From Lama guanicoe (Eukaryota), in assembly GCA_013239625.1 (NCBI GenBank), contig MU053652.1, positions 6,439,902-6,503,901 on the forward strand: a stretch of DNA of 64,000 bases, read 5' to 3'. The notes beneath the pieces were generated by a model, which saw nothing but the letters and a program-made list of their open reading frames with translations, made no database searches and was not told the origin of the DNA. The position numbers and the translations under genes were made by a program. Below, piece by piece: positions 29,170 through 43,209 of this stretch (position 1 is the stretch's first letter; each line of letters starts with the position of its first letter).

Positions 29170-30940
29170 AACAGAATTTTTCATATATACTAGTTAAAAT
29201 AAACAAAAAGTAGAAAATGCATGATGACCAACTAGAGTTTATCACAGGAATGTACAGATGACAGTTCATCATTCAAAAAGAAATCAGTGCAATTCACCTT
29301 TTTTTAAGAAAGTAAAGCAGAAAAAACACAATCATATCAATTGTACAAAATGCATTTGAAAAAATTCAACAATAATTTATGTAGAAACTTAGCCACATTG
29401 AAGTGCCTGATAAATGGCATCTACCAAAACCTAACATTATTGTTAACAGTGAATATCTGAATTCTTTTCCCATAAAATTGGAGACATTGCTCCTATTCCG
29501 AATTATACCAGAAGTCTTGGCCAATGAAATAAGGCAAGAAAAATAAAGTCAGGAATACTGGAAATAAAGTAATAAAACTATCAATATTTGCAGATAACAC
29601 GACAGTTCACTACAAAGTAGAAGACTCCAAAGATCTACAGGAAATCTCCTTAAACCAGGTGCATGTAGAATGTTGTAGAGTGCAAAGTCATCAAACAAAA
29701 ATCAATTCTATTTCTGTATTTTGGAAAATCAACCATTGGAAGCCAATTTATAGATCATACCATTTACTATACGTCCAGAATACTACAACACTAATGTATA
29801 AATTGAATAAAACATATACAAGATCTGTATGCTAAAAACACAAAATGCAGATAAAAAGAAGCAAAGATTTACTATCAAAGAAAATATACCAAGCCCATGA
29901 ACTGGAAGACCTAGCATAGTTCTGATAAAAATTCACTAAGTTTATATATAGATCTAATGCAATTAGAACAGGGTAGAAATCCAACCAAAACATTTCCTCC
30001 AGGGCAAGACTTCAAGGCAAACGGCTTACTAAAAAAAATTTAAGTAACAGATAATTGTCATGACACATGATATTTTCATAAAATAGAAATATATGGAAAG
30101 CAACTAAATTTATTGTTTTAATTTATATTTTAAATCTATTAAAAAGATTACAACACTATCAAATAAATAAGTAACAAATAATTCCCCACAAATTATTCCA
30201 GCAATATTTTTATAAATCTAAGGAAACTGCTCTAAAATATATAAGAAAATGCAAATAATAGTCAAAATTATTCTGATAATAAAAAACAAAATTGAGAGGG
30301 CTTACGTGATATGATCTCAAGGATTAATACACAGTTACAATAATAAAGACTTTGTAGTATTAGAGCAAAGATGGACCCATAGATTAGTGAGAAGGAATTC
30401 AGAGTCTAGAAATAGACCCACACAAACATCATCAATTGATTTTTTTTTAAATGGCGAAGTCTACGGAGAAAGAATAGTGTCCAGAGAATGATGTTCAAAC
30501 AACTTGAAAAATACACTTGAAAAATGAACCTTGACCTATTCTTCACATTTTTACAAAAAATAACTCAAAATGGATCACGTATCCAATGGTATAATATAAA
30601 ATTATTAAACATTTAAATAAAACATAATAGCAAATCTTAATAATTTGGGGTTATACAGAAAGTTCTTATATATGTGCCAAAAAGCAAAATCCACAGAAGA
30701 AAAGTTGAACTTTAATGAAATAGTAAAAACTACCCAACTTTATAAATAGATAAAAATTTGAACAGTAACTTCAAGAAAAAAAGCTATGCAGATGACAAAC
30801 ATATTCAGGAAAAACATCCAACCTAATTATCCAGTAAGAAAATTGAAACTGAAATCAAAAAGAGATAACAGTACCACTATACACCTATTAGAATGGCTAT
30901 AATAGTAATAAAAAAAAAACTGACAATGCAAAGTGCTAGT
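29170..30940 (+). mobile_element. Old L1M ORF2 remnant
   Basis: gcatttgaaaaaattcaac, tttgcagataacacg (FADD-like), aaataactcaaaatggatca. Confidence 0.8.
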
Positions 30941-32931
30941 TTGCAATAAGTATTTCTTTACATATTTCTCCCAAGAAGTCTCTCCTGAATTATAGACCCC
31001 CCACCCCGAGGAACTTCGAACACAACACAACTGAAGTTAAACTCATTTTCTTCACATACATACTCATACTCTTCACCCGCCACGCACACGAAGTCAGCCA
31101 CTCCAATTTGCAGCTTACAGCTAGTTTCAAAACTTAAAACTCCTTTCATCTGTACCTTTCTCCTGTTTCCTCATTACTACACCCAATCACAGATTTAGTT
31201 CTGGTGATTCTATCCCCATTTTTTCCACCTCTGTAGCAAACAGGGTAACTTTACTTTCCTTGATTATATCGTGTCATTTGCACTATTTTTTCTTGAAAAA
31301 TGTGTTTTGATGCTTTTTATAAAATTAAAATTCACTTGGAAATTTTACATTATAGAAATTAAGACCCAAATATTTACTTTGAAGGCACTGCATAATCTGG
31401 TGGTTTCTGAAATATTTGGATAATTTCTATTTCCAAATTATAGTAGCATGAAAGCACATAGATTTTTTTTTCTAGCCCCACTGGGCTGCTTTCAGTTTTC
31501 TTTTCATGCTTAGCATTTTTTTCTTTTTTGCCTTTGTTCTTATTTCTTATGTCCTCTCCACTTAGACCGACAGTTCATTTTCATGGTGTAGTAATTTGGC
31601 TTTCCCAAATGGATGTGGTTTTCAAGATAAAATGGAAATTCCCTCTCTTCCAGGAAGTTTTACCTCATTCCCCATAATAAATATAATATGTATCTTCTCT
31701 ATATAATCTCAGAGTACTTTGCATCACCAATCTATCTCTTGTCACATTCTGACCCCAAATTTACACACTGGCTCTTTGCCTGTATGTTACACTTAGCCAG
31801 GAATAAAGTTAATCTTTATTAATTTCTAATTTCTTCTAATTTATCACATTCCCTTGCACATAAGATCAGTTACATAAATGGCCACTGAATTGAATGTAAA
31901 ACTTTGTTTTTCTTGTTTTCTTGACACATGAAGGAAGACAGGAAAAGGGCAGCAATTAAAGAGGTGGAGAATAATGCTATCAATAATTGGTGAAGACGTG
32001 TATGAAACTAATAAATAGTAAAATAGTTTTGCCCCAAAGAAGCTTATAAAATGCTATCATAAAATACATACTGTGTGCTTTTAAAACTGTGTGTTATTGA
32101 CCTGAATGAAGACAATGAATAATAATTGCGAAGATAGTCCCATTGGTATATTTTACGGTCCTCTTCCAAAAATAAAGGCAGACAATTGAATTTCTGGCAT
32201 AGGTACTATGCCTTCACTTCGCCAGAAAGATTTGTTCTGAAATTGGGAATTTGAATTTTTAGGCTCTGGTGTTGGAAAGCTGACAACAAAGTCAAACTTA
32301 AAAATACAAACATTTACAATATAATAACTTAGGAACAATTTATTTTTGTTCAATAAAGCTACAATAAAACCACAGCAATCTGACTAAATCATGATATGAC
32401 AGGATAAGACCATGATTTTGCAAATTACTTTATTACCTAAAATGTTTAAAATTTTCAATCCTCATCATGTTACAAAAGGTTAAACTAAATCTTCTTATTT
32501 CCAAACCTCCCAACTGATCTCCTGGTATTCACGTTTACTCTCTTATCCATCATTCCTCGGCTGTCAGATAATCGTCATAAAATGCATATCAGTTTGCTTC
32601 ACACTTTCCACTACACCATTCATTAATGTTCCAAAAGTCCTTAATGTGAATTATGTGTTCCTGTAGTCAGCTCTATATTCCACATTTCTTCCACTTTCTA
32701 TCTATTCTTTTCTAGTCTCCAACAGCTTAGAAGTACCATCTCCTTCACCTTTTCAGTCTCTACTAAATTCAGGCTTTCTTTTGTGTTCTTCTTGTAAGGA
32801 GAACAGTATTCATTTCAGTAAAAATCACTGGATCTCTTCTATTTGACTTATTCCTTAATGTTCACTCGTTTTAATTTTCAGGTCTCCATTGTCCTTTCCT
32901 ACAGTGTGGCTCGCATCACCCCAAATCCTAA

Positions 32932-33062
32932 TTCCCTTTCTTCCTCCCTCCTCTTCCCCTCTCCTTCTTTTCCTTCTCCTCTTTCTCCTTTCTTTCCTCT
33001 CCTCTCCTCTTCTTCCCTCTCTCCCTCTCTATCTCATCTCCCCCTCCTACTCCTTCTCCTTC
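32932..33062 (+). repeat. Polypyrimidine (CT-rich) low-complexity tract
   Basis: Almost purely C/T over about 130 bp. Confidence 0.9.
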
Positions 33063-33604
33063 AATTTGAGGATGGAAGAAAAAGATTCTGGGATTGTGTC
33101 ATCTGATATGGCTCAAGCAGAAATCTTCCCAGTTATAAAGGCATTTTAAAATCAAAAGACTCCCAGAAAAAAGGCAGAACTCTTGACTGTCATAAACCCA
33201 GGATTTTTCTTAGCAATAAATAGAATGCAAGCAATATTAGGAGGTTTATAGTCCTCAATGAGACTAGATAGCTTGTTCTATAGAAAAAAATTACTACTAA
33301 TTTACTGTGATATATTTTCCTTTAGGTAAAGAACTACTCTGATAGTCACATTTTTTGGCATACATGTATTCATTTAGGCAAATCCACACTATTTTTTAAG
33401 CTGACAGATGCAGTAACATAGTTCTTAAAGATATTATAGTTGTATTGGTGTTCTATTGCTGTGTAAAAAATTAATACAAGCAAATCAATATAAAATTATC
33501 CAGATCTGGTTATTTGTGAATATAATATGCACTGAAAATATTAATAATTCAGACTTATTATTTTCATATAATCATATTTAAATGACTATTTAAAATACAC
33601 TTAT

Positions 33605-33830
33605 ATATTCATTTAACATACATTTACCTACTAAGTGTCAGGCACTGCACTTGCTGTTCGGGCTGTAGCAATGAATAAAACAGACAATAATCTCTATCCT
33701 CCTAAAGGTTACATTCAAGTAAAGGGAGAAAAATAAGTAATTAAGTAAAACACATAATATGTCAAGATGACAGGTGTTATTTACAGAAATAAAATAGGGA
33801 ATCGTGATGGGGTATGTGTAAAGGTTACCT
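33605..33830. mobile_element. L2 3' fragment
   Basis: attcatttaacatacatttacctactaagtgtcaggcactg...aatgaataaaacagacaataatctctatcct. Confidence 0.65.
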
Positions 33831-34981
33831 CCTCACGCCCAACACACTTATATAGATAAGAACCAGAGAATGAGGGATGAATAGTGGGAAATCTCATCTT
33901 CTTGGAGTGTACAAAAATAAAGGGTCCTATAAAATAGTCCATAGTGTCACAGGCACTTCTGGTTGCTGTTAAGTTGAGTTTACTGAAGGAGGAGTGGGCA
34001 GTTAGGGTTTTTTGCGACAGAGGTATGTAAACTGCAGAGATGGAAGGAACTGATTAAACGTGCAGAGGCCTGGGTGTGGGGAAACCTATCTAGAGCTCCC
34101 TGAGTCCTGGTGTGCCTTCTTGAATCCAGCAATGGAGAATACTCGGACCTTTTCTTCACACTGGTAAAGAGCTGTAAGATTTGGTGAGGATCATTTAGAT
34201 CACACAGAGCATTCTGACTTCTTGACTCCTGCATAATCATTGTTAGTATCTTTTATCAAAGTCATAAGACTTGGAAATAAAACACTAATATTCACAGATA
34301 CACTTTATCAAAATTTACCATTTTGAAGAGTTAAAATCAATTTAGATGCATTTAAAGGTTGACACCTACTGAAAATGAAAAAATGGTGAGATACTAGTTG
34401 AGCACTGATGACTACAAAGCATTAAGTCACACAATGGGAAATAACAGAGGGGAATTTAGTAGGAGTAGTATTCTGAATAGAATTGCATTTTTTAAATTCT
34501 TGAGGTAACAGAGTTTTTAAAGATCTAGAGAAAACCCAATGGATTTCAGAAATGAATAAAAATATTGTGGTTAATTTAGAAAAGATAATGATGACAACTG
34601 ATAAATAACAGAAAATAAAATGACCAAGTGAATGGAATTCACACATTTTGTGGAAAGGTCACAGTATTTAAATCTATCTAGCTTAAAGGAAGAAAAAAAA
34701 AATTAAATAAAATGGGTTGACTTAATTGGTGTGTACAAATAAAATAAGATTTTATGCAAATATAATTACAACTACGAAATTTAACACTATAGCTAGAGTC
34801 AATTCAGTTAAACATTTGGAAAAGCCATAATAGATGATAAGAGAAATAAAACCCTGGATGTTCTACTGAGAGAGCTTGAGGGGACCTATTCCTGGAGTTC
34901 ATTAAGCAGAGAATGACAACTCTCTGACTTCAATAATTTCGTCATTCATCTGCTTTAAGGAAAATGCTGAGATTTGATGAG

Positions 34982-35115
34982 ATTTTTTTTAAAACAGCTT
35001 TATTTGGATATCATTGGCATAGGAAATTATATATATTAAAGGTATACAACTTGATGTTTTGATTATGTATACACTGAAATGATCACCACAATCAGCTAAT
35101 TAACACATCCTAATA
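34982..35115 (-). mobile_element. L1 3' tail
   Basis: tttttttaaaacagctttatttggatatcattggcata...gatcaccacaatcagctaattaacacatcc. Confidence 0.7.
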
Positions 35116-35550
35116 TCTGTCATTATAAGGATGGAACAGAGAACCTCAGCATACTTCTCATCTTCTCGTATTAGGTGAAAGCCAGAGTTCTCTCAGGACT
35201 GGCCTTGATCACTAAAGGTCAGAACATGAAGGCACTGTGTTTATAAATGGTAGGAGAAAAACTTGGAGATAACAATCTGCCATGAAATTAGTTAATATTG
35301 CTGCAGCCTGGCCATAGAGTGGTGCACATCACCTAGAAGTGAACGTCTAAATGAGAACAATATGGCCAGTCTGACTTAACTCACAAATAGTGTGTATTGC
35401 AGCAGCTGTGGATCAGGCACATATTTCTACTCTTCAAGCAGATGGGTGAATATGTATTTTACGATAATAGGACTATATAACTATAAAAAGGGAATTATCA
35501 TAATTGTACAAACACTATTTTCCCTATTCTCCCAAATTGAGAAAACTATA

Positions 35551-35720
35551 CTTTTTCCCTTTCTTCCTCTCTTTCTCTTTCTTTCTCTCTTCCCCTCCTC
35601 CCTCTCTCTCTCTTCCTTCCTTCCTTCCTTTCCTTTCCCTTCCTTCCTTCCTTTCCTTTTCCTTCCTTCATCTCTCTGTGTTCCTTTCTTTTCTTATTCT
35701 CCTTCTTCTTTTTTCCTTTT
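35551..35720 (+). repeat. (TTCC/TC)n polypyrimidine tract
   Basis: Degenerate TTCC/CT repeats. Confidence 0.9.
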
Positions 35721-36289
35721 GAAATTTCCATCATGTATGGAACACTAAATTCTGTTAAGTTACTTTTCTTAAAATTCCATTCTTGCTGTGTTAATGTTCA
35801 GGCAGCCACAGATAAACCAATTCAGTGTTTTAGTCAAGTATAAATGTGACTGTAAATTCACTTGGAGATTTTGCCATCATTGCATCTACAGTAAGAACTG
35901 AATTGAAGTATCTCTCACAAATAACAAATACACTTTTATATGTATATGCACAGATATGCACAATATAAAAATAGATAAATAAAAATAATATAGAGCATGC
36001 AGAGATATACAAGGTTAAAAAAAAAGTCTGTTTCCAAGATGTACTCCTCCTTCTGGAGTAAATGAAAATTAATAATGTTGCTTAGGGAGAATTTAAATTA
36101 TCTAAAAAAAGTTTACTTATCTATTTATTTTGCCATATGGAACTGAAACACCTTCTCTTGACCATGAGTTACTTGTTTCATCTTTATAAGGAGTCACTCT
36201 CTAAATATAATCCACTGCTTTGTTATACATAGAGGATAACATATCCTTTACCCAAACTAAAGGTTTGTTCAAAGGTCACAAAAATCAGA

Positions 36290-36927
36290 GAAATGTAAGT
36301 ATGCTATACTAAAATTAAGAACATCTGTTCATCAAAGTTATTTCTATGAGAGCAAAATGCAAACCTCCAAGTGGGAGAAGATATTTGCTGTCCTTTATCT
36401 GAGAAAGTTTTTGATTCAGAATATAAAAGAGTTCCTTCAGATCAAAAAGAAAAAAGAAAACAGATAACTCAATACAACAATGATAGGCACTTCAAAAAAA
36501 AAGGCTATCCAAATGGCCAATAAATATATTGATATGGGATAAACGTCATTAATCATCAGGGGAATAAAAATTACAGGATACTATTAAACAACCAAAACAG
36601 CAATAATTAAAGATTTATGAAGCAACTAGAATTTTTATACACTGCCCATTAGAGTATAAATTTGACAAGCATTTTGTTTGGCATTATTTACTAAAATTGA
36701 ATATTCAGCTGCTTTATGAGCCAGCAGTTCTACTGCTAGTTACATACCCAATGGAAGTGTTAGTTACATTCACTAAAATTCATAAACAAGAGTATTCATA
36801 GCAGAGCTTTCATCTAGCTCCAAATTGAAAACAACCCAAATGTCAGGCCACAGTGGAAAAGATTAATATATCTTTAAATATTTACATACACAATGAATTT
36901 CAATATAGAAACGAACATAAATAAAAC
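36290..36927 (+). mobile_element. Old L1M ORF2 3' region
   Basis: aaaattaagaacatctgttcatcaaag...tgggagaagatatttgc...aaacaacccaaatgtc. Confidence 0.75.
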
Positions 36928-37153
36928 TGAGACAGAAGGGAAGGGGGCAGGGCATGACCATTTAAAGAATGACACAGCAACTAGCACTAAAATGGCAGAA
37001 GATTCAACTCCCAGTAGACCCTGAGGTCCAAGATGGTGAGAGATTTGACTTCTAGTAGACCTTAAGCTTCATTATACCCACATTGCAATATATTAGCATG
37101 GTAAATGGCACACCCACAGGTGCCAATTTCGAGGCTAACCATAAAAGGTCAAG
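36928..37153 (+). mobile_element. 5' part (U3) of an ERV LTR inserted in the old L1
   Basis: Abrupt TGAGACAGAAGGGAAGGGGGCAGGG start; duplicated aaaatggc/aagatgg...agtagacc motifs; no 3' end found. Confidence 0.6.
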
Positions 37154-40100
37154 CTATCTCTGTCACAAGGTTTTCACTCTGGTTCTAGTTTAGAAAATTC
37201 CTCAGTTGAATGCTCGGATACTTTTCTCTGTGGTTTGGACTGAAAACTTGTTTTTATCATTCTAAAATTCTAACTGCAGGCTTTCTTGTTTTCAAACAGC
37301 CATAATTTTCTTTCCTATTCTTTAATCATTGCTTAATGACCTCACTTTTCACTCTCTGAGATTTACTTGTTTGGTATTTCTTTTAAAGGAATGCCCTCCT
37401 GTTACCTGCATGCCCATTTTTCTCATGTTTATAGACTTTGTATGTGCTGGTAGCTTTATCTAAAATGCCTCTCTTCCTTGTTGGATAAAATAAGTCTTAC
37501 ACATTTTTCGAGGGTTAGTTTAATAACAATCCACTTGCCCCTTAGAATGCCAGTTACACTCTCCTGTATGTCTCCACTCCAGCACTCATCTGGGTTTTTT
37601 TATTGCTATTAGCTGAGATTGTGCCTCTTCATTTTATATTCTTTCCCTATTACCTCACACAGACGTACAGTAATAGGTCTGTATCATACAATCAGGCATG
37701 CCAGTTGACCACCTAAATCTTAAACTATGGATCTTATTTTTGGTGAAAAACTATCATGATAAAATATGACCTGCAATCATGTGGGTTTTTGCTCTATCGT
37801 CCTTGTAAACTTGGTGTGTACGTATATATGTACATATGTTTATTATATTATTGTGACCTTGTGGGAAACATTATGTGAAAGGTGGAGTACTGAATACCTG
37901 TTTCCTAGAAATATGTTGAAATAATAGATGACATTCTTGAGTAGGAGAATATTTGGGAATCACCAGCCCCTATCTGTCTTCTCACTCCCAAATAATGCCC
38001 TTCAGTATTCATTCAAGGAAAAAAAAAAAGAATTGGTTGCCAAAGCAGCTGTAGATAACCTTGAACAGAAGCATATTCCAACTGTTTCAGAAAAAAATAC
38101 AGCACTATTTATGCTTAAGAAACAAAAGGGAAATCATCCTGAATTAATATATAATGAACAAAATGGTAATTATTTGATGCAAAGGTTTCCTGAACCTCAC
38201 AGTTCTAGCGTCTTTTGGAACTGCTTCATGTTGAGAACAGCACATACAGAAAAGAAAGTGAAACGAAGCCATGTTGAGGGCTCTGGGGTTTTGCAAAGAT
38301 GCTTTGACTTTTGAGAATGATTGAATCAAATGCTTTGTTCCCCAGCTTCAGTGGCCAGCTCAGGCTCAGCTGTTTCTGAGTATGCCATGTTTATTAGAAA
38401 CATTATGGAGAGAACCAAATGCATCAGGCACAAGTCTATATCCCTCCTAAAATGGAGTTGGGAAGCATCACTGAGTAATTCTAAGCTGAGTGTGTTGCCA
38501 TGAGAGGTAAACAAGGTTTCAATCCTCTAAGCAAATATAATCCTTATTTAAAGACTTATAGTAGCTTCTCTCACAGAAGCCAGTTTAGTCATTTTGCTCA
38601 ATTTTTATTTTTAAGTATGCTGCAATATAAATCAATTAGGTGGATTTCTCCACTTGACAGAAATGGATGACACAGTAGATGTCCTTGGGCATGTTCCACT
38701 GGGCTCTTAAAATCGTATTCTAGGCTTAGTGACATAAAATCACTCTGATTTTAATGTAAAAGCCGAAAAAATGATACCTGCCAGGATAGTTCATTAAATA
38801 CAACTGGTCCAGAAGCTAATCTTTGATATTACTGTTTGAGGACTTAGGAAGTGCTCTGGGTTAAAATCCTTCAAGTTATGTTTAATTGTAAAAGAAAATA
38901 TACCTAACTACTTACTGCTTAAGTAAGCGCTGTTTAATTTATTTTCAACTGACAGCTATAAATTGGATGCTTGTTCTAGGGGTACTAAAAGGATCATCAG
39001 TGAGTATTTTTGTACCCAGGATAGCCTAACTCAAATCAAATTCAAATTGTAACTATTCCTCAAATAAAACTTCCGTTCCAACTTTTCTTGAAACATTTTT
39101 GAATGCCCCAGTCCTCATTAAACAATTATTTTTGTGTATTACCATATCTGTCATTGCTTTTGCATCTTAATTCTATGCAGTTTAAATGATAGTTCAACAG
39201 TTTCTTCATCATGACTGAGAAGCTTTTTCTGAAAACAATTTCATATTGAATTTCCTCGCCCCCCCCAGCATCCAGAAAAAGTAGGAAGTAGATCTCTATT
39301 TTACAACTGTGACTGAATTTCTGTTCTCTTTTCATGAAAAAAAAAAAAGTTTAATTCAAGCCATCGACCCTATTCCCTATGGCACAAATATCACTGTGCG
39401 AAGGGGGGACTTTTAGTTCCCCAACTTTGAAAATGCTTTTTAGAAAAGTTGAAGTTTCATACTAGCTATCATTACAGAATTTTTAGCAATTTGAATTCCA
39501 CATCAACTTGACCACAAAATTTTCAGTTTACATTTTGAAATATACAGTATCATTTTATAACCACTAAGAATGAAGTATTTCTGTCTCATAAACATAGTTA
39601 TATTTTCTTTGTAATTACAATTATATATTCACTGCTTTCATTTAGGAAATCATAGTTCAAAGTATTTAGTAATCAGTGTCCTAACAACATAAATCATTAC
39701 CAACATGTGGCAGTATCCTTGTTTAGGGGAAAGGATACTGGGCAGGGTAACTTTAAGATCTGATACGTGTGATTTAGTGATAGAGACCTATGGTAAAAAT
39801 GGACCCGATAGTTATAGACATGACTTCTGAGCTTGGGGAAGGCTTACACTGATGCAAAGTACAGCTTCTTATTCAATATTTATAGAGTACAAGCCACTAT
39901 CCTAGATATTAAGAGAATCCTGGGTGCGTACTATGCATGGCACATTCTTAAAACAAGCATATTGAGGCTAACACAAGTGATAAAATTGACAAGAGAAACT
40001 ACAATAACCTAATGATTCTCAGCCTATTGATGATAATAATAGGAAATCAAACAGTTTGCACTATAATATCTGTAAAAAGTCTCCACCAAGTATCAAAAAA

Positions 40101-41427
40101 CACACTCTTAATTCAAACCTGGTCTATAGTTCTCAATTTATTCTTGTAGCTACGGTCTCTTAAACAAGTTCCTTAAGCTATTTGAACTCCAGTTTGATAA
40201 ATATTAAAATAAAATGTCTTAATGCTCACTTACTCTAATACTGAATTCTAATCTTGATGCAGAACTTATCATTAACTGTTTATTAGGAGTACATGTGGCT
40301 GCAGGAAGAATCCATTTTGACATAAACATTAAGCACCTGTAAAACAACAATGCACCAACACTCTGAACCAAATTTCTGAATGTTCATTAGCTTTTGTTAC
40401 TATTAGATTGAGAGAATTGAGGGAATAAAGTAAATGCAGCCAATCAAGTATTCTAATAGCACAAAAGGTGTGCCTCTAAAATGGGAATCTAATATATTCT
40501 GCATGTTTAGAAAACATGTAATATAATTGTATTTTTTCTTGTTTCTAAGAATGTATCCTTAAAAATTACCTAAGGATAATTGAGATTATATCCAGCCCAA
40601 GCAATTATCAAGTTGCAAATATAATTTATGACAAAACAAATCATTTAATTTAGTGAATGTCTTCTGTAATTTGTTTTAAGTATGTATTTCCCTTGAATGA
40701 TTACCATTTGTGTATTCCACACTTAAAATAAGTTAGTATTACTTATCTGGGAGAATTCTTTTTTCACATAAGCTACAACAGAGACTTCTAGTAGGCTAAA
40801 GGAAAACTGGCAATTCTTTCATTGTCTAGGGAACCTATCTAAAAATATGTATTATGTCTTCACAAAAGCCTTCTAAATATTCACATATTCTTTACGGGCA
40901 GATACTGTAAAAAGAAAAATCATTAATGTTGGAAAGATTCTAATATGGTTAACCTCTTGACTCTTGTTTCACTTTTTTCCTAGATTTGGCAAGTGTATTT
41001 TCTTGAGTAGAAAAATATTTTTCAATAAATATTTCAATATATTGCAGTTAAAATTTTAGAAAGAGTCTATAAAATTGTATTTAAAAGCTTACCATTACAT
41101 TCTTTCTATAAAATGTTTACTTGTTAGAGGAAAGGCCAAAAATCCAAATATTTCTTGCATATATGAAGAATATACTGATATTTAAGATATTAGAAGCATT
41201 ACAACGTTTTTATTTTAGCTTCATCATAGTTTATTGGTTCCTCTGACCCTACCCACACCTCTATGAACAGTCTCTTCGATAATTATTCACAATTTACCCA
41301 TCAGGAATGCCTGATCTGTTTCCTCCCAGGAGCCTGACTACTGTACTCCTTCCCTCTTAAAATATGAACTAGGCCAAAATGCAATTCTGATTTGTATGGA
41401 GGAAAGTTTTATACTCCATTATACGAG

Positions 41428-41870
41428 ACAGTTATATTAATCAGATGTCTTTCAGTTCTAAATGTCATGAACAACTCAAAATGACTTTTAAAACCCCAAC
41501 ACAACAAAAACAGAATAAACAATAAAATGTATCAACACTCTTAGCTATCAGACGGTGTCACTGTGTCCCTTACTCACCTTTTCACCTCTGCTTTTAGTTA
41601 TTTGGCTTCATTCCCTAGTGAGAAATCTGCCATGGCTAGAAATAATTCTTTAGCCACTCAGGCTTATATGGTCCTTATAGTTCACCCTCTCAAAAGGAAA
41701 GAGGCAGGCTGTCCCCCATTCTTACAACAACCTCCTCAAAAGATCCCTATTTACCCTCTTTGCGCCACATGTGTACGCCTGCACCATAACATTGGTCCAG
41801 AAGGCTAGAGTGCTTAGATTGACTACAATAGGTCAAGTAGTCGAGTACTTGTTCAGGAAGGCCAGTCCCC
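41428..41870 (-). mobile_element. Old MLT1 LTR remnant
   Basis: ttatattaatcagatgtctttcagttc...aactcaaaatgactttaaaa. Confidence 0.45.
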
Positions 41871-43209
41871 AAAGAAAAGAGGTGCAGACAAAAAAGTAGC
41901 AGAGACCTAAGATATTTTTGCAAACATATTATTATTGATGTTCATTCATTCCTTCATTCATGGACCATATGAAATAATAGCTGTATATAAGCAATATAAT
42001 AAGACTCTTGTGTAGGTGTATGGGGTAAATACTTGGTATAGATGGAGACATAAATAATACGGTGTGAATTTAATGCTGGGATTTTCAAGAACTTATGCTT
42101 CAGGGTGAAGATGGGAATTTTGATATTGTTTCATAGGGTGGTTCTGATTTACCTCATTTTTTATTTTTTCTCTATTTATATCTCATGCTTGAAATGGAGA
42201 TAATCATAATTAACTTGTGAAACATTTGCTATAATTTTCAAGAACCTTGCTTCCACCACTAGTTAAAAGATACATAGTTTAAATTTATATATAAATGTAG
42301 TGGTAACAGTATTGCTGGTGGTGACACCAGGGAATGAATAACCTCTGAAGTCACTGGTCGATTTCAAATGAAAGTAAGATATTCAAGCCTGCCTCTGGCT
42401 ATTTACACTGAGAGGCACAGAATAGAGTGGACATTGCAAAAACCATACTTGCTTTTTCCAATCTGTAATTCCTGTGCAATTCATTTATTAGAGCTTATTT
42501 TCCATCACTGAATAAAGAACAATTTATTTTTAAGTTGCTTAGGTTAGAAACTATAGAAAGGCAATTATATTTCTAATTTGTAAATAATATGCCAGCAAAA
42601 CTAAAGATGTCTCCATAGCTTATCTGCTAAGTTATCTACATAAAATAGCTTGATACACAATATATTACATAACATAGTACCTGTACATGCACTTCATATA
42701 TGTAGTATATAGTAGTATTATATAATATGCACTTTTCTTTATATATATTTTATATATTATCACTGGTGAGTGTTAAACTGAATAAAAAATCATAGTAAGA
42801 GTTTGTGTTAAAGTTTGATTACTGAGAATACACACATAGAGAACCTGTTGAAATAAAGTCATATTTTTCAATCTGAACAAAGAGGGATTTATTTGTATCT
42901 GGTTAAAAAGTATTGGGAGTTATTTTGGACATTTACCCAAGTGTTGTGTAAAGTAGATCCCTTTGTGATCACCACCTGTCATTCATGAGGCCCATTCTAC
43001 AACACAAAGCAACAACTGAAGAATGGATTTTATTGGGAGAAGTGTACAAGGCAGGTGTTCAATAAGAAGAGAAGGTACATTTTGTTGCTCCCCCAATCCT
43101 TTCATTAATCTCATAGAGGAGTATGCAGGATTAAGGCAATTGCTGTATATGCAGTGACATAGTTCATTTGTAAAAATAGAGGGGAATACTTTAAAAACCT
43201 TACCTTCTT

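Noticed and set aside
32843..35748. S/L/P/F-rich and K/E/R-rich ORFs
   Set aside because: Artefacts of polypyrimidine simple repeats
25176..37153. The two half-LTRs as parts of one rearranged LTR
   Set aside because: Order is reversed and the flanks (aaac versus gtag) do not form a TSD
37928..38314. 128-aa ATG ORF
   Set aside because: No recognisable domain, runs through an A tract, no exon context
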